64,000 nt of DNA. It comes from Octopus vulgaris. Taxonomy: Eukaryota. A model generated the notes under the pieces. The model worked only from the letters and a program-made list of their open reading frames with translations. It made no database searches and was not told the DNA's origin. Positions 59,450-64,000 of the stretch are shown one piece after another (position 1 is the first letter of the stretch; the number at the start of each line of letters is the position of its first letter). The stretch covers positions 23,374,001 to 23,438,000 of the forward strand of contig OX597828.1 of NCBI GenBank assembly GCA_951406725.2. Direction: 5' to 3'. The position numbers and the translations under genes are program-made.

Positions 59450-59699
59450 ACGGCCATCCTGGAGCACCGTTTGAAGAATCTTTAGTGGAATGAATTAACA
59501 TCAATACTTTTTTTTTCCAATAAGCCTGGCACTTATTCTCCCGATCTCTTTTGCCGAAACGCTAAGTTACGGAGACCTAAACAAACCAACACCGGCTGTG
59601 AATCGGTGGTGAGGGACAAACAAAGGCACAGAGACACACACACACATAAATATATACATATCAATATGTATAAATGTATGTATGTATATGTATGTATGT

Positions 59700-59769
<70 letters not shown>

Positions 59770-59925
59770 GTGCGTGTATATTTATTGACGTGCTTCATGT
59801 GGTTATGGTCGGCCCGAAGCTATAGTAGAAGAGATGATACTTCCCCAAGGAGCTACACAGTGGACTGAACTCGGAACCATATGGTCGGTAAACAAACTTC
59901 TTACCACACAGCCACGCCTGCGCCT
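59450..59925 (-). mobile_element. SINE family A
   Basis: Reverse-complement homology, with an internal (GATA)n. Confidence 0.75.
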
Positions 59926-59989
59926 TATGCATATTTTTCAAAAGTTAAAAATCTGATGGTAAAAGTCGGTATTCTACCGCTTCCAAACC

Positions 59990-60255
59990 GGTGACATAAG
60001 GATTCCATCGTTAATTGCATTCCACCATCCGGAAACAAGTTTAGGTTTCAGGGAACTGGAATTGCTTTCAATACAAATGGAGATCTGTTTGAAATTTCTG
60101 CGAATTCACGGTCGGAATAACGATTGTTAAACGAAGACCTGTTAGAGAAAGATTTGGTCTTAGATACGCTGTACTTTGAGAAATATTAAGCCGTTCATGT
60201 CTGTAATAACTTTGATAGAGGGTCTCATTCATCAACGCTGTTCTCAGCCAAATCG
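59990..60255 (-). pseudogene. Possible mariner transposase relic
   Basis: Peptide 'ERLNISQSTAY' resembles the mariner second HTH. The rest is highly decayed. Confidence 0.3.
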
Positions 60256-60267
60256 CCGCCGACGTCG

Positions 60268-60337
<70 letters not shown>

Positions 60338-60417
60338 GTCGTCGTCGTCACGTCGTCGTCGTCGTCGTCGTCATCATCATCATCATCATCTTCTTCATCA
60401 TCATCATCATCATCATC

Positions 60418-60465
<48 letters not shown>

Positions 60466-60655
60466 GTCGTCGTCGTCGTCGTTGTTATCCGCATCTTCGT
60501 CATCGTCGTAATTATCACCATTTCATTACCATCGCCCTCATTATCATATCAAGTATGTCGGCGTAACATGCAGGATGTACGTTTGGCAATATAAAGACTT
60601 TTGGAAATGTGCGAGAATATAGTAGTAGTAGTAGTAGTAGTAGTAGCGGCAGCGA

Positions 60656-60722
<67 letters not shown>

Positions 60723-60724
<2 letters not shown>

Positions 60725-61139
60725 ATCTTTTCGGTTTCACCGGCAGTTTTTAAAAATAATTTCCACGTAACTAAACACTTTTAAACTTCGTATACTGGTA
60801 GAATGTGTTTATAAAACATCTTTTTCTCTTGGCTTTTTTGAGAAAATTCTATAATCTTTAAATATTTGTTGTTTTCTTTCTTCAATTTCTGCAATTTCAA
60901 CCAATCAATGACGTCTATTGAGGTGAAAACATTATGTGTCGTATGAAAATGTCGCTCTTTTAAGAAACAGATTGGGTTTATTTACATTTCTGAAGAAAAC
61001 CCGATACCCGTCCCCCCACCCCTAACCCTAACCCTAAAACAGATTGAAATGCAATAGCTCGATACTAGGGTCATAATTATGGGTGACAATTTCATATGAC
61101 ATCGCTAGAAAAAAATTGCCGTTCAAACTGAAAAGAACC
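60723..61139. mobile_element. MITE with ~29-bp GG-terminal TIRs inserted in (GTA)n
   Basis: TIRs ggatcttttcggtttcaccggcagttttt / aaaaattgccgttcaaactgaaaagaacc. Possible 8-bp TSD gtagtagt/gtagaagt. Internal (CCCTAA)3. Confidence 0.75.
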
Positions 61140-61154
61140 GTAGAAGTGGTGGTG

Positions 61155-61237
<83 letters not shown>

Positions 61238-61709
61238 GGTGTTGGTGGTAGTACCATCACTAGCAGCAACGGCAATTGCCTTTATTATTATTATTGTTGT
61301 TGTTGTTGTTGTTGTCCTAGACGACACCTAGTCTGCCTTCAAGCCAACGAAAATTGTCAGAGGATATTTTCAATTATGTCAATATGATTGGTGCATCAGT
61401 CGGTAAAATCTCAAAAAATGCAATAAAAAAAAACAAATAAAAAATAATTATAAAAAAAACAAAAACAAAAACATTCACCAAATAAAAACCAACTTCATTT
61501 ACATAAAAGCGATATGTAGGTATTTAAACAACAATGTAAAACATTATTAAATGTTTACATCTAACACTTTACTTCAAATAAATTAGTTCTCTTTTCAAGC
61601 AATTACACTCAAGCGTTGATCTGCTTTTAACTGGTTTCGTCCACAACATCGTTATATTGTTATATAGCGTTTTGCTTTTTTCATGTTACATATACATATA
61701 CATACATAC

Positions 61710-61770
<61 letters not shown>

Positions 61771-61907
61771 CACACACGTATATATGTATGTGTATATTAA
61801 TTAAATTAGTTTTTATTTAAGATGTTTTTTGTATGCTAAATATTATTCTCTATGCTGTTGTTGTTAACGCCATTTTTGGAATATAGTTGCTGCTAGGTAT
61901 AATGGGG

Positions 61908-61997
<90 letters not shown>

Positions 61998-62018
61998 TAT
62001 TTTTCATATTATTATCAT

Positions 62019-62059
<41 letters not shown>

Positions 62060-62145
62060 TTATTATTATTATTATTATTAATTTTTTTATATTATTATTA
62101 CTACAACTACTACTACTTCTACTACTATTATTATTATTATTATTA

Positions 62146-62212
<67 letters not shown>

Positions 62213-62216
<4 letters not shown>

Positions 62217-62698
62217 TAGTTTTATTTTTATAGCGTGCTTTCACTTCACTACCAAGCGCAGCTGTGTGCCTTGGGTATGTGCTGTGATTTGTTGTGATGC
62301 TCTGATGGTTATTGTATGGAAAGTGTTCTGCGTAGGATGTGTGCAGTGCCTAGTAGTGCAATTTTCTGTATGTTATATGTGTTTGTAAGTCCTGGTGTTT
62401 TTGTTATGTATTTGTCTGAATATTTTTTTATCATGCCTAATGCACCTGCTATGATAGGAATTGTTTCTGTTTTTAGATTCCACATTTTGGTTACCTCTAT
62501 TTCTAGGTCTTTGTATTTTGAAATTTTCTCCATTTCTTTTAGAGACACGTTGTCATCTGCCGGTATTGATACATCAATTAGAAAGCATTTTTTTCTTCAT
62601 GATCTCTGACAACTATATCTGGTCTGTTGGCCTTAATTTCTCTATCTGTGTGTATCGGCATATCCCAGATTATGGTTACCTTCTCGTTTTCTGTGACC

Positions 62699-62700
<2 letters not shown>
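62213..62700 (-). pseudogene. R4/Dong-type LINE 3' end (RLE domain and 3' UTR) in (TAA)n
   Basis: Peptides KVTIIWDMPIHTDREIKANRPDIVVRD / LIDVSIPADDNVSLKEMEKISKYKDLEIEVTKMWNLKTETIPIIAGALG..IQKIALLGTAHILRRTLSIQ*. One frameshift; (TAA)n on both sides. Confidence 0.92.
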
Positions 62701-62734
<34 letters not shown>

Positions 62735-62744
62735 TTATTATTAT

Positions 62745-63125
62745 ACAATTGTTCAATTGCTAGGGTGCGTGCAGCATTGTGTGAGCTTTTCTGTTGTTGG
62801 GAGTGCACAACCTCTTCTCGGTATTATATTATGATAGTTTTTTCTCTTTTTTCTCTTGAGGTGTGGTGCAGCCTTTTGCTGTATTACTGCTTGTATTGTG
62901 TGCTGAGGGTGTAATGCGTTGGTTATCCAGGCTGCTGGTGGAAGTTTCTTTCGTTCGATAATTGCTGTATAGAGTGAGTCTTCTCTTTCGGGATTGTTTC
63001 GTTTAGATTGTATTATCGAATAGATAGTCTTTTGCATAGGATATGGGCTGTTTCTAGCACGACTAGTTCTTGGATAGTGTGAAGTGTTGAGGATCCATGT
63101 ATAGCTTCTAAGTTTTTGCTCATTG

Positions 63126-63128
<3 letters not shown>
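62745..63128 (-). pseudogene. Second R4/Dong-type LINE extreme 3' end
   Basis: HTIQELVVLETAHILCKRLSIR* followed by a 3' UTR, between (TAA)n tracts. Confidence 0.7.
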
Positions 63129-63156
<28 letters not shown>

Positions 63157-63186
63157 CATTATTATTATTATTATTATTCTGCCAGA

Positions 63187-63415
63187 CGGCGAGCTGGCAG
63201 AAACGTTTGGCCGTCGGGCGAAATGCTTAGCGGTATTTCGTCTGCCGTTACGTTCTGAGTTCAAAGTCCGTCGAGATCAGCTTTGCCTTTCATCCTTTCG
63301 GGGTCGATTAAATAACTACCAGTAACGCACTGGGGACGATATAATCGACTTAATCCGTTTGTCTGTCTTTGTTTGTCATCTCCGTGTTTAGCCCCTTGTG
63401 GGTAGTAAGGAAATA
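63187..63415 (+). mobile_element. SINE family B, full length
   Basis: Closely matches 44978-45212. Confidence 0.88.
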
Positions 63416-63416
63416 T

Positions 63417-63459
<43 letters not shown>

Positions 63460-64000
63460 CATCGTCATCATCATTATTATTGTTGTTGTTGTTTTTGTTG
63501 TTATTATTGTTATTGTCGTCGTTGTTGTTGTTAGAGCGTTGTTGTTAGAGCGTTGAGCTAGCAGAACATTTAGTTCGCCAGCCAAATGCTTAGTTCAAAT
63601 TCCACCGAAGTCGATTTTACCTTTTATCCTTTCGCGATCCATAAAGTACCAGTCAAATACTAGGGCGCAGCCTTTCTTCCCCCAGAGGTATCACTTGCCC
63701 ACAGCCCGCAGACTCAGGTGCGGCTTGTTTAATGATCATGCTTCAAGGACCCTTCGGAGATCTCTTGCTATTCGAAGCAATGATAATATTTGTCGGGGTT
63801 CTTTCGTTACAGCTGTACCACTCTTGAAACCTTGTGCCGTCCTTGCCGCTATTGTGATGGATTTACGGGGTAAATATGCAGCGTTTTAGGCAATTAAGCG
63901 ATTAATTAATCTGATAACAATAAGAATTGATGCACTCTGGTATTTCGGTATTTACGTTCTGATTTCAAATTACGCCGAGGTCGAATTTACTTTTCATCCT

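Noticed and set aside
61019-61036. (CCCTAA)3 as an interstitial telomere or fusion scar
   Set aside because: Only three units, and they lie inside a TIR-bounded MITE.

Overview
Eukaryotic, AT-rich, extremely microsatellite-dense DNA ((TA)n, (CA)n, (GATA)n, (TATG)n, (TAA)n, (GAA)n). The repeat families look like those of a coleoid cephalopod, most likely Octopus (inference). I find no intact host protein-coding gene: nearly all listed ORFs are translated microsatellites, so the window is probably intergenic or inside a large intron. Recognisable content: dozens of tRNA-derived SINEs from about four modular families; decayed RTE and R4/Dong-type LINE 3' ends, the latter sitting in (TAA)n tracts; an internally deleted Helitron RepHel relic; and Tc1/mariner, hAT-like and GG-terminal MITE relics. 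The most striking unannotated signal is about 10 minimal type I hammerhead ribozyme motifs (stem I / CUGANGA / stem II / GAAA / palindromic stem III / NUH), six with intact or near-intact cores. They lie in apparently unrelated non-coding elements between microsatellites. One is in a 587-bp unit with a perfect 60-bp terminal redundancy (retrozyme or circular-RNA-like), and two form the arms of a ~620-bp near-perfect palindrome (Penelope-like inverted pLTR architecture).
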